From Octopus bimaculoides (lineage: Eukaryota): a stretch of 64,000 nt of DNA. The notes under the pieces are model-generated. The model searched no databases and was not told the DNA's origin. It was given only the letters and a program-made list of their open reading frames with translations. The stretch is taken from assembly GCF_001194135.2 (NCBI RefSeq), contig NC_068981.1:79789534-79853533 (forward strand). The letters are read 5' to 3'. Made by a program: the position numbers and the translations under genes. This document shows, piece after piece, positions 29,401 to 43,500 of the stretch; position 1 is the stretch's first letter; each line of letters starts with the position of its first letter.

Positions 29401-32055
29401 AATTAGTACAGAGATACAAGTTCACTAAGGTTCTGTCTTCAGCTCGCTATAGTTTTAGTTCATCATCATTTAATGTCCATTGCCCATGCTGGCATGGGTT
29501 GGATGGTTTGACTTGGCTGGCACACTGGAAGGCTGCACCAGACTTCAGTCTGATTTGGCATGGTTTTCTATGGCTGGATGCCCTTTTTAATGCCAACCAC
29601 TCCAAAAATGTAATGGGTGCTTTTATGTACCACTGGCAAGGGCGCCATTTGCATGACACCAGGGTGCTTTATGAGCCACCAGCATAGGTACCAATTTGTG
29701 TGATACTGGTATCTGCCATGACTGCAATTTTGTTTGGCTTGATGGGTCTTCTTCTCAAGCATGACATAATGCCAAAGGTCTCAGTCATTGCCTCTGTGAG
29801 GCCCAACACTTGAAAGGAACTCAGCCACTTTGTCTCCGTGAGGCCCAATGCTTGAAAAGAACTCAGCCACTTTGCCTCCATGAGGTTCAACACTCAAAAG
29901 GTGTTCTTTACGTGCCACCAGCACAGGTGTACTTGGCTTGATGGGTTCTCTCAAGCACAGCACATTGCCAAAGGACTCGGTCACTAGTCATTATCTCTGT
30001 GAGGCTCAAAGTTTGAAGATCATGCTTCACCACCTTGTCCCATGTCTTCCTGGGTCTATCTCTGCCACAGCTTCACTCCACAGTTAGAGATCGGTACTTC
30101 TTTACACAGCTGTCCTTGTCCATACACATCACATGACCATACCAGTGCAGTCGTCCCTCTTGCACACCACATCTGATGCCTCTTATGCCTAACTTCTCTC
30201 TCAAGATGCTTACACTCTGTCGAACATGCACACTGACATTGCACATCCAGCAAAGCATACTGGCTTTGTATCTTTCAAGCCTACGCATGTCCTCAGCTGT
30301 CACAGCCCATGTTTCACTGCCATGCAGCATAGCTGTTTGTACACAATCTTCTTTTCACTCTGAGAGAGAGGACCTTTGTTGCTAGCAGGGGTAGGAGCTC
30401 TCTGAACTTTGCCCAGTCTAATCTTATTCTCACAGCTATGCTCTCAGAGCATCCACCTCCACTACTAAATTGGTCAACTAGGTAACAGAAGCTATCTACT
30501 ACCTATAGCTTACTCTCATGACAGTTGATGGAGTTTATTTTTTGTATACTTTCGGTGTTTATTGTACCTGTGCATCTTCCACATACAAAAGCTAGTTTCT
30601 CTGTTAATCTGTCTCTGATATTGTTGCACCTTTTATGTGTCCAAAGCTTACACTGGGTGCATGTTATGGAGTTTCGACCTACACCTTTTCTACAGATCAA
30701 GCAAGGCCATCTACCTGAAGGGATCTGTGATTTGTCTGCCTTCATACTTACTAAGACTTTGGTTTTTGCTAGGTTAACTCTAAGGCCCTTTCATTCTAGA
30801 TTTTGCTTCCATACCTGGAACATTTTCTCTAGTTTAGGTAGTGATTCAGCTATAAAAGCAAGGTCATCAGCATAGAGGAGCTCCCATGGGCAGCCTGTCT
30901 TGAATTCCTCTATTATTACCTGGAGGACTATGATGAACAAGAGGGGGCTAAGCACCGATCCTTAATGAACCCCTACTTGAAGTAATAACACAAAAGTTCA
31001 AAATAAATGCCCTTAGAAACCTATTTGTAGATGAGATGACTTGATTCTCAATGCAGAATATGCTAAAAACTGAGAAATATTTAAGAACTTGAAGAATAGT
31101 CAAAGCCAAACAACCTAAATAACATTACAAAGACTAATTAGAAAAGAAATAAAATTCCAGTGTTTCCTGTGAAGTGGTCTTGCTTGATAAAGGATTTCTA
31201 AAACTGGCACAAAGACAGTTTTAGAAATCCCAAGAATGGTATAATCAAAGAGGATGGTACTGTGTACTCAGCATAAGTAATGGGTACACAAAACATGCAA
31301 ATCTCTAGTAGATAGGTAGAAATGTCACTCATGAACTGATCAGATGGTCTGCTTAATGTTTCAGACAACTTGTTATCTAGGTGACCTGATTAGTGATGGA
31401 GGTATCTTTAATTAAAATATTGTAATTACAATATGAAATAGTTAGAAAAAGTTCAGGCAGCTGTTACCTCTGTTGGCAACAAGAGATTTCTTGAGCCAGC
31501 AACAAAGCCTCTACCTGGTTGCTCAAACTGCTAACCACATCAGCCAAAACTACCTCTATTAAATTCAACTGTCTTTTTTTTTTTTTAAATCAAAGTACAT
31601 ATCAGATAATGTAGTCCTAAAAACAAATAATAAAATTGGGGGGGGGGGTAGGCATAGATGGAATGCTTTTAATCATACGTCTGCTCAATGAGGGCTGACC
31701 TAGGGCTAAATAAGAACAGATTCCCTTTGTGTGGAAGTCAGAATGTACAAGGAATGTGTTAGAAGCATAATGCATTTCGAGCGAGATCGTTGCCAGTGCC
31801 GCTGGACTGGCTCCTGAGCAGGTGGCACGTAAAATACACCATTTCGAGCGTGGCCGTTGCCAGTACCGCCTGACTGGCCCTCATGCCGGTGGCACGTAAA
31901 AGCACCCGCTACACTCTCGGAGTAGTTGGCGTTAGGAAGGGCATCCAGCTGTAGAAACTCTGACAAATCAGATTGGAGCCTGGTGTAGCCACCTGGTCCA
32001 CCAGTCCTCAGTCAAATCGTCCAACCCATGCTAGCATGGAAAGCGAACATTAAAC

Positions 32056-32087
<32 letters not shown>

Positions 32088-35000
32088 CTAACTGTAGAGA
32101 GCTGCAATGGCTGGAGCAGAATGCCAGAGTGTGATCTATTGTTTATGTTAACATAAACTTACATGAAAAGCAGAATGCTAGTGAGCAGGTAAAGTAAATG
32201 GGTCTAAAAGATATGTTAATTAATGTATGCAAAACGTATAGTTGTATTAGTATGGACATGTGATGAAAACCATTGGGTGAAAAACTGCTAAATGATGACA
32301 GTAAGAAATATACATAAAAAAGGGTCAGTGGTGAAGACAGAAATCAGAATATAGGATCTCACAAATAAGGTAACTAAGGATGGATATGGGTGACAATATG
32401 ATATACTAGATAGAGTACAGGTAAAATGGACATAAAAATGATGATCCCTTTACTTACCTGCCTGTGTCAATGAGATCATATACAATAGTATTTAGACTAA
32501 ATACCAGCAGAATGGCCACAAAGATATTATAAATTGTTTGGATATGAGTTATTTCCAACAACTCTCTGGAATATAAAAAAGAAATAAATCATGAAAAAAA
32601 TTGCAAAAAAAATATTAAAAACAAAACAAAACAAAAAAAGTATTTTGTCTACAAAAGAGTGCTGAAATGTTCCTGGCTTTAAAGGTATCACAAAAGGGTA
32701 GAGTTGTTACTGTTACAGGCGAGGTAGGACAACTATTTAGAAGATATGCAAAAAATCACGATGGTTTACAATATATTTTTCTTTTTTTTTTGCAGATTTA
32801 ATGTATAATGACAGTACTTAACAATGAATTTTGGTAAAATTGAAGCATCGGCAATCATAAAGTTCCTCTTTTTGCAAGGGAAAGAAGTGGTGGAAATTCA
32901 TGGAAAGACGAAGGAAGTCTTGAAAGATGGTTGCCCATCTTACACCACAGTGAAAATCTGGGTGTCATGGTTTTGAACTGGTCATTTTGAGATCACAGAT
33001 GAACCCTGACCAGGACAGCTAATTTCTGCAACCACAGAGGACAAAGCCAACACTGTGCATAGCACAGTTCTTGAAGATTGCCAGATTTGCTGAGGATTTC
33101 TCACAAAAGAGTTGACCACAACATTCTGGAGTTGAGAAAGCTTTCTGCAAAATGCACCCCAAAATGCCTGAATGCAGATCAGAAGCACAAAATGATGACA
33201 TCAAAAGCAATTTTGGACTGGTTTGCAGTGGGAGAGGCTGATTTTATGGTTTGTTTAGTCACTATGGTTGAAAATTGGCTCCATCATCATGACCCTCAGA
33301 TCAAGCAACAATCAATGGAATGGCGCTACAGTGGTTCACTGCATCTCAAGGAGTTTTGGATCTAGAAGTCAGCTGGAAAGATTCTACATTCAGTGTTCTG
33401 GAACAAAGATGGAGAACTTCTCATAAAACACCTGCCAAAGGGTCGCACAATCAATGCAGAATAGTACATGTCTCTGTTGAATGAACTGCATGAAGTTTTG
33501 AAGCAGAAACGCTGAGCTGTGGTGCCCAGTTTTTGCAGGACAGTACACCACCACACACAGCACATGATACTATATGGAAAGTAATTGACTTCGGCTTTAA
33601 AATGGTAGACCACCCACCTTACTCTCCTGACTTGGCCCCCTTTGACTATCACCTCTTTTCACAACTGAAGAAACATCTCAAAGGAACAAAATTTCACACT
33701 GATTTGGAAATGATCACAGTTACAGAGGCCTGGTTGGAGACCCAACCCTTGAAATTCTTTTTACAAAGCTTAGAAAAACTGAAGGACTGCTGCAATAAGT
33801 GTATAAATCAGAGAGGAGAATATGTTGGATAAAATCATAATTAACTCATCTTCCTGTATTTTCTTTTACCCAAAGTCAGGAACTTTTCAACCCCCTCCCA
33901 CCCTCTACCCCACATGCAATGTTACGTCCCAGTACATTGCAAACCTTTATTGATCTTGGATGTAAAAATTGAACCAAATTATACATTCTTGACCAGTTAG
34001 CCATCACTGTCCTCATTTCCTTTAACTCTTGCAGTAATTATCTTGTCATGTGGGATCATGTTAGCCTTACATTAAATTAGGGCTTGAAACCTATTAGTTT
34101 CATGGAAGAATTCAGCTGACATAGAAGCAGACTGAGGTTTCAAATGAAATTTTTCTTGATTGGCTGGACAACATAAATTTCATTCAAAAGCTGTTCAATT
34201 TAAGCTTCTTAAACTATTTGTTTATACGCAATTTAGTTTTAGGCCCGTCCTGCTATTTTCATCTTTGCATACCAAATACTTCAATAACTGCACAAATAAA
34301 CGCTGGAGAATCTATGACACTTTAAAAAGGAATTTATAATAATAAAGTGCTGTAAGATAGGCATAGAATCAACATTATATTTTGACCTTGAATATAACAT
34401 AACATCTAAAAATATACTATATTCATTCATTCTAGCAATTCTGTTGACATATAGGAGTGCCTAAGAAACTGATGTATCAAGAGAAGAATTTTTCATTGAA
34501 ATTTATTTGTGAAAGATCTTTCACCAGAGATTCATGTGTATGTCACTTTCCCTTGGAACATGTTTTTTAAATTTTTTTTGTTTTTTTGTTTTTATAGTCA
34601 GAAATAGGAAAATGTTTTTGAATCAGCTACACTACATGTTGAAGTAGTTTCTGGGTCTGAAGACAAAGCCTTGTCTTCAGCAGTGTTTTTTGTTTCTATT
34701 ATAGCAGCACAGCTATATGTGGTTGTATGACAGATATATCTAAGAGGATGGTAGTTATTATTCCCTTTCTTATTTTGGATCGATCAAAGATGAACATTAG
34801 TTGCCAAGAGTATTAAGCTAAGTAGTGGTGGTACCTTCACCAGAAATACTACAGGGTTCCATTGGTAAGGGCTATTGTACCATATGTTAAGAAGTTGTAG
34901 CATTCTTCTCCTTTGAACAGAAATGCTAGTTTATTACAAAGTTTTGTCTCTTTATAGATTTCAATTCATTACTGAAAGTTAATCAAACATTTATTAATCA

Positions 35001-37524
35001 TACAGAATTGTTTCCTACTATTGTATCTGAAGTGCACACCAGGCAACTGAAGATGAAACTCAGCAAAAAGAAAAACAAAGACACCAAACAGAAAAATAAA
35101 AACATACTATCAGAAAAAACAGCATACACATTCAAACAGATACATCAAAGAAATAAGCCATTCAAAAACTGCCCTGATGTGGCCACAGAAGTGACTGCTT
35201 TGCCAGGATCAGGTAACCCTCACTCATGCTGCTCACCATGTTTACAATGGCAGCCCTTGGCACCATGGGCCATTGGTCAGCCTCCTTTTCCTAATGAAGT
35301 TCCAGCCACAGCAGTCCTGAGAGTTTAAATAATGTGTATGAGGGGGGTGGAGGTGGAGGTGGATTACACGATCATATGATTCTTTCAGGTCTTAATGGAC
35401 ATGAACTGCCCGCTTCTCATTATACAAGATTTGTACCTGATGTTCTTGTGTAGCACAGGTTTGATAGTGGATTCCACCACCTTGATGATGTTTTAGACCT
35501 ACAGGATAAATTTAGCTGTCCGGACGATGTCTGACTGCTGAGAATGTTTCTTTCTCTGAGCCATGGATGACATGTCTCCATAAGAGGCCTCAGCTCTTTC
35601 TCCAACAACACCGAACATGAAGAACCAGCTACATGCAAGAAGTTGGTGATTTCCAAGTTACAGTGATTGGCAGCTAGATCCACGGTATTTCCTGTGTCAA
35701 GACTGGAATCTAGCATGCTGATACTGCTGATATGTTTGAAAGAGAAATATGAAAATTAAAATTTGGCACATGTTATGTAACACTATGTTAAGTCATCTTC
35801 TATGTATGGGCCATCAAGGTAATTCAAAAATACCTGGTGCACCTTATATTTACTGTTATGTGTACAATGCCACTGAGAGTAAGTCTTTGCCAGGAACAGA
35901 ATGCAGGGATGAAAATTAATGACTCTTGATAATTTTTTAACATTTTAATGACTTGGTTAGCTGTCTTTCTCACCATATTTTCTGAAAGGCTATGAAACAA
36001 TCACACACCAGGATCTATTTTAAAGCAGAGTTTTGTAGACAACTTTGAGACACAATGTAAATACAGACCGTAATAAAAACAATTAAGTGGTAGCAGTAGT
36101 GAGTAAAGTAAAAGTAGACAAAAAAAAGTTACTGTATTAGCAGCCAGAAGAGAAATCTGACAAATTGAATATATGTAAATATCTTTTCACACTTGTATTA
36201 AATGTGGCTGTGGTGCTATTGAAAACCAACCTAATATTTAGGTGAACTAAACTTGTGGAAAAATGTTAAGACAATACGTACGTTAAAACAGATCGTCTAT
36301 TGACAAACACTTTCTCTGGTAGTTCACCATCTTTTCGCTTTACTCTGGAAAAAAAAATCAAATAAAATTTCAAGACATTAAAATGTAAGATACATAAACA
36401 AGATTCTTAATTTTTCCTGAAGATCTGAAATTTTAAAAGGACTTTTATCAAAACCTCATTCCATATTGCAAACTCTTATTCAACTATTATAACATTTTAG
36501 CCTTCAAAATAAATCAACAAAATAAATATTTTTTAATGATAGGTATTATTTCAAAATGCTTTAAAGAAAAAAAAAAAGAGGAAAATTTAGATTAAAAGAA
36601 TTTGATTTGAAGAAACTAATATAATTAACTGTTTTATAATTAACATACAATGATCAGCATTGCCTTCTGAGGTAAAAACTTTACAAAATATCAAAGGAAT
36701 TATGATCTAATCTCGGATTATTTTATGAAATAACTGTACATGATTACATCACACTTGCAGTTACTATACCAGTACTACTACTACTACTACTACTACTGTA
36801 GTTCTGTCGTTAAATTCAGATGTAGTGACTGTAAAAATCACCTAATTGAACATAATTACTATTTGTGAATGAGTGGCTGTGTGGTATGTAGCTTGCTTAC
36901 CAATGACATGGTTCCGGGTTTAGTCCCACTGCGTGGCACCTTGGGCAAGTGTCTTCTACTATAGCCTCGGGCTGACCAAAGCCTTGCGAGTGGATTTAAT
37001 AGACGGAAACTGAAAGAAGCCTGTCGTATATATGTATATATATGTGTGTGTGTGTATGTATGTTTGTGTACCTGTGTTTGTACCCCCCCAACATCGCTTG
37101 ACAACCGATGCTGGTGTGTTCACGTCCCCGTAACTTAGCAGTTCGGCAAAAGAGATCAATAGAATAAGTACTAGGCTTACAAAGAATAAGTCCTGGGGCC
37201 GATTTGCTCGACTAAAGGCGGTGCTCCAGCATGGCCATAGTCAAATGACTGAAACAAGTAAAAGAGTAAAGCAACAGAAATACTATTTCCTTCCTCTCTT
37301 TTCCCTTCCACCCACCTTTATCTCTCACTCACTATAGCCGGTGGCATGTAAAAAAGCCCCCATTACACTCTTGAAGTGGTTGGCTTTAGGAAGGGCAGCA
37401 AGTCATACAAACCATGCCAGATCAGACTAGAACCAGGTACAGCTCTCCAGCTTATCAGTTCCAGTCAAACCATCTAACCCATGCCAGCATGAAAAGTGGA
37501 TGATGATGATGATGATGATGATGG

Positions 37525-37555
<31 letters not shown>

Positions 37556-40500
37556 CTGAAAATAAAATTTACTTATACATGTATACCCGAATATAAAATC
37601 ATTATACATACATACATACATATATACACACATATACACTTACAATATACTAAGTTAACTAATTAGCATCTTTGGACAAGGTATTTAGATTATATTACAA
37701 TGCTTTCTAAGCTCCAAAAGGCTTTCAAGAGAGAGTGCTTACTTCAAGGTTCATTCATAAATAGCAGGATCGGGCACCTGTCTATAACAAGAAACATTTC
37801 AAGATGAACTGGTAACTGAAATAAGTAGTAAAAGGGTTCTGTTGGACAAGGCATTGCTGAAAGCAAATACCAGAATGTATATCATATGCTCTTTTTCTGA
37901 AGGTTTATCTTATATAACTTTATACACTGGTCAGTTGTTTAATCTATTTGTTTATTTTAACAGCTGAACCAACCCTGCTTGTGTAAGTCTATTGTTCGCG
38001 TGGTATGCATCGAAATTCTTACAGTCTCTTGATTTCCTGTAATTCTGAGAGCCACATGGTCCCAACAGACAAAATGGAAAAGGCATTACTCCACCAGATG
38101 GCGAGGGATATGTGCTGGAACAGCCACTCTGACTCATGGGGCTTGCACTTGCGAATAGCCATCTCAACCCTGGTGGTGGTGAGCAGAGGTGTGGTCCAGG
38201 AGCCAAGAACACCAGAGATCTCCACTGCCACAGTCTCGACCATAAACCTATACCTATATCCAGCTGTAAAAGAACAGCTATCACTGTTGAAGTAAATGTT
38301 TCAATTTGTAAAAAGCAACCAAGTATGTTAAAAAAATCATTAAGTTTGTCTCTGTATTAAGGATTAAATATGCATAGAAAGTATGTCTTAGAAATATCTG
38401 CTAAGATGGATATGGAATTGTTATATTTAGGGAGAGTTTAGGTTAATCTCAACTGGTGCTGTGTTAAATAGCTCTTGCTGAATTAGAATCAAGATTGCAA
38501 GTGAAGAAGATAGATAATTTTATTTGACTGTTAACTATAATATTATACACAAGCTGAAAAAGATTTAAACAATGAGACAGGCAATATTTTTATGCTATGA
38601 TGAGTTTCCAAGCATTCCATTAAAAATACATATAACTTGAATACTGAAAAGTAACATAAAATAGAGAAATAAATAGAATTTAAAGAAAAAAGACAAGCTG
38701 AAGATATTTTAAAAATATAAAGATAAAAATTAATTTTAAAAACACACAAATTAAAAATATAAGTCTAAAACACAAATTAAAATTAAAATCAAAAAGATGT
38801 GCAAAAACTATTTTTTATAAACAAGTTAGAAGTTAGAAAAAAGAGAAATTTTTTAAAAGTGGGCAGCTGCTCTATTTTTCTTCAAATTTTCACCTTACAT
38901 CTTGATGACAGCTGTTAAAATTATAGACATTTTCAAAAATATTCCAAAAACAGAACTCACTTCACACCACCTAAATTTATCATCAAAAAGTTTATTAACT
39001 GTTACTTTATTATTATTATTATTGTTGTTGTTATTATTTTATAAGGCAGTGAACTGGCAGAATAGTTAGCATGTTGGACAAAATGCTTACTGCATTTCAT
39101 TGGGTTTTAATGTTCTGAGTTCAAATTCCTTTACCCGTCATTCTTTTGGGAGTCAATGAAATAAGTAGCAGTCAAGCACTGGGATCAAACTACTAGATCC
39201 CTCCTACCATAATTTCAGGCCTTGAAATCATAAATTTCTGGATAGCTGAACTTCTAGATACTGCAACCCATCTTTGAAAATACATTTTTTTTTTTTTAGA
39301 TCTACAAATATTATCAGTGGAGTCACTTGCGTTAGCTGTTTTGCCAAGAGGTTGACTTTTCCAGTCACAATGCTAGTGATACAGGATATTAAACTTAGGA
39401 ACTTGACATGATACAGTTTTTCTTTTGACAAGTATCTTAACAAGGTGACAGCTGCTGGAGTTACAGTCACATCCACTTTTGAGCACAAAACAAAATTTTG
39501 TGTAATTCATAACAGTTGGAAAAACACCAAATTTCAGAAATTTGTAGAAAATGTGTATAAGAGTCTGAATTATGAAGTCTAATATATGAGTGATTAGGGT
39601 TAACAATATCCTGCAAACCCCTCTAGAATTTAAAGAAGCTATATCTGGCTAATATATTCTACCTGTTTTATGTTCAAATCAGCCAAATCTGACCTCTCAC
39701 ACCTAGCCTACAATGTCATTCTAAAAATTGACAATCACATCACTGATATTTCAAAGCTACAAGATAATGCATAGTTAATTCAAAGCAATGTGGATGAATG
39801 CTAAAGGGTTAAGCCTGTGATTAGAATATTTTTCCTTATAAACAAATCTTTGTAAAATTCTTTAAGAAATTGGCATAACAGCTTTCAATATAGTGAACTT
39901 TGTCACTAACATTTCTTAAAGGAGCTGGTACCTTTGGTTGAATATAGTTATATCATTCCACTCAAACAGAATTAGGAAGAGATTTATGGCCTTTTTTTGC
40001 CTGTTTGAAATCTCATTTATAGTGTTCCAGATTTTATTTATACAATGTATTATTTTATGTCAAAGTTTTTCAATAGAATTGTTGTTGACTGATCCAATGC
40101 GTCTTGTTTATATTTTAATATAGTAGGATATGATTTGAGAATGAATTACCTGGTCTCTCTAGCAGATCAAACAATTACATAGAATATTCCTAATTGTTTT
40201 AGAAACTCAATATAGTAATTTTCTTCATATTCATTTGTGATTTTGTTCAATTACATTCTTGAAACATTTGAAGCCAATAAAACCCAATTTGTTGATATTC
40301 TCCTTTTTATAGCTTTACGTGTGCTTCAAGATCCAATTCCAAAAAGGAATTATATATATATATATATATATGCATGTATTTATTAGCAACAGAAGCAGTA
40401 TTAATACTGAGAGGTAATATTTATCCCCACTTAAATGTGGATGCTCTGTTAGAACAAACTATACAGCAGTAGTTTCCATGAGAGAAACTCTCATATCAAC

Positions 40501-43500
40501 CTTTTGGTGCAAAATGCATTTGTTTATATTGTTTATCATCAACAAGACCACGGGAGGACGAAATTACGTGATCTGGTGGGGATTTATCTCCCCGCTAGCA
40601 GGTATAGGAGTTTCTCTCATGTAATTACTGCAGTATAGTTTGCTCTAACAAAATATCCATGTTTGAGTGGGGATAAATATTACCTCTCGATATATGCATA
40701 TATAAAATCATAAAAGATATAACAAGCCATTTTATTCTGTCATAATTGTTTCTCCATCTCACTTTCCAATATTTTGCATATCAAATGTAACATTTCAAGC
40801 AAATTTTTGTGGGTTAAATTGGAAAATGAACATACAAACTATACACATTAGGTCAAAAGTGTATCATCCAGCACATTCTGCTCTAGTAAAAGACAATCAA
40901 AGTTACAACCACCAAATGAGTATGCAGCATCACATAATATATGTAATTTTAGAAAATAGTTGCAGTTTGTATTTAGATTTAAACAAAATCAAAGAAATGT
41001 ATTTATTATTCTTACACTAAAAGAAAATGTATATAATTAAAAAAAGAAATAAATTATTTGTTGGAAGTCTTCCTTAAATTTAAATGACTGGTTTCTTGTA
41101 TAGTCAAAGAGTTTTTAAAAATTTTTTTAAGAGAAAGAAATTCAGAGTTTAAGATATTCACACCCTTCCAGAAGAAACCAAGTATGAAAGTAAAATGATT
41201 CTCTATATCTTTTGTCCTTTCCTTGTTTCAGTCATTGGTTGCAGCTATGCTGGGGCACTGCCTCGAAGGATTTTAAGTCAAACAAATCAACCCCAGTACT
41301 TTTTACATACATACACACACAAGCATGCACACACCAAACACATACATACAATATGACAGGTTTCCTTTCAGTTTCTGTCAACCAAATTCACTTGCAAGGC
41401 TTTTATCAGCCTGAGGCTATAGTAGAAGACACTTGCTCAAATTGCTATACAGTGGGACTGAAGCTAGAACCATGTGGTCAGAAAGCAAACTTCTTACCAC
41501 ACACCCCATAGACTTGCAGCACTTCAGCGCCTGCCATCATAATAACATAAGTACTGAGAATATACTAAAATACAAATCAAAGTTGATACAAAGAGTCCTT
41601 TGATGCTGATGATAAAGGTGATGGTGATAATAAAGAGCTAATGTCATATATATATTAATATATCACCTTTTAAAACAAAAGATTATTAAAATAGTGAGCT
41701 TGACATGTTTGTATTAACACCAAGACTGAAATCCTAAGCCTTAGGCATTATCTCAATAATCTTATTTACTTATTCGTTTATTTCTTCAGTAGTGTCAGCA
41801 ATTGCTAGTGTACGTTTAGTGAGTCAGAACAAAAAGAGGATATGTATATGTGTGCACGTGTGTTACCTTCCCACCAAGCAATAGTCATGCAGAATAGAAA
41901 AAAAGTCAAGAGATCAGCAAAACAGGGGTGGGGGAGAAAAAAAGTTAAGAACTAACACAAAAGGGTTGGCTGTGAGTAGTTTAAAATGTAGGGATAAATG
42001 AGTGGCACCTGGTGTTGTTACAAAGTAATTACAAAATAGATTGTGTAACAACAACAAAAACAACAACAACAATAATAATAATCTTTTCTACTAAAGGAAC
42101 AAGGCCTGAAATTTGTGGGGAAGGGACTAGTCGATTACAACGACCATAGTGTTTCACTGGTACTTCATTTATCGACCCCAAAAGGATGAGAGGCAAAGTT
42201 GACCTCGGTGAAATTTGAACTCAGAACATAAAGAAAGACAAAATGTCACAAAACATTTTGCCCGGCATGCTAACGATTCTGCCAGCTTGCCACCTATTAT
42301 AATAACAACAACAACAACAACAATAATAATAATAATAATGAAATGGAAGGAGGAGGAGGAGGAGGAGGAGGAAAAGTGCTAAAAGAAACAATATAAATTT
42401 AAATCAATGAAAGAAATATTTTTTTCTCGATAAATATGCTAAGGTTAGAAACAAAACAAGATATAAAAAGCAGCTTAAGAAACAAACAAACAAAAAAAAT
42501 AATTATGTAAATTATGACCTAACAACTTGTAACTCATTAATAATCTGTTATCATTGTAGAGATACATTTTCATCTTTGTAATGACAAGCTATGACACTGG
42601 TGTTAGATTCATAAATGGGAATCCATTTATATGGAGGTAACTTAAAAGGGTCATTTGGTTGAGAAACGACTCACCTATGTAAATATTAGCTCCAGGTAAA
42701 TGAAAGTATGTAACATATAGCCTGATAATATTTTATGCACATTTACACAAAAGATTATCACATGCCAAGGAGTTTTCTATGCAAATTATTCTTCTAATGT
42801 ACAGCCTATTTTATACAGGTAACAAAAGAATAAATGACATTATATCTGAGTAGATACATATGAGATAATAGAGACTTTTATGACACTACACATAATGTAT
42901 GTGATATATGAGTGTGTGTATATATATATAAATATATATATGTGTGTATATAAGGCACAGGAGTGGCTGTGTGGTAAGAAGTTTGTTTCCCAACCACATG
43001 GTTCCAGGCTCAGTCCCACTGTGTGGCACCTTGGGCAAGTCTACTATAGCCTCAGGCTGACCAAAGCCTTGTGAGTGGATTTGGTAGACGGAATGTATGT
43101 GTGTGTTTGTTATTTGTGTCTGTATTTGTCCCCCAACCATTGCTTGACAACCGATGTTGGTGTGTTTGCATCCCCGTAACCTGGTGGTTCGACAAAAAGG
43201 GGATCGATAGAATAAGTACTAGGCTTACAAAGAATAAGTCCTGGGGTCAATTTATTCGACTAAAGGTGGTGCTCCAGCATGGCCACAATTAAATGAGTGA
43301 CACAAGTAAAAGAATATATATATATCATCATCATCATCATCATCGTTTAACGTCCGCTTTCCATGCTAGCATGGGTTGGACAATTTGACTGAGGACTAGT
43401 GAAACCGGATGGCAACACCAAGCTCCAGTCTAATTTGGCAGAGTTTCTACAGCTGGATGCCCTTCCTAACGCCAACCACACATATGTGTATGTATGTGTG

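Noticed and set aside
35420-35716. 98-aa ORF with an ankyrin-like [15 protein letters not shown] segment
   Set aside because: Neighbouring frames carry decayed LINE RT motifs ([12 protein letters not shown]); it does not fit the SOAT1 splice phases and has only one pseudo-repeat.
42674-42720. Short exon candidate ending CATAG|gtgagt
   Set aside because: It would shift the frame, the acceptor is weak, and there is no similarity.
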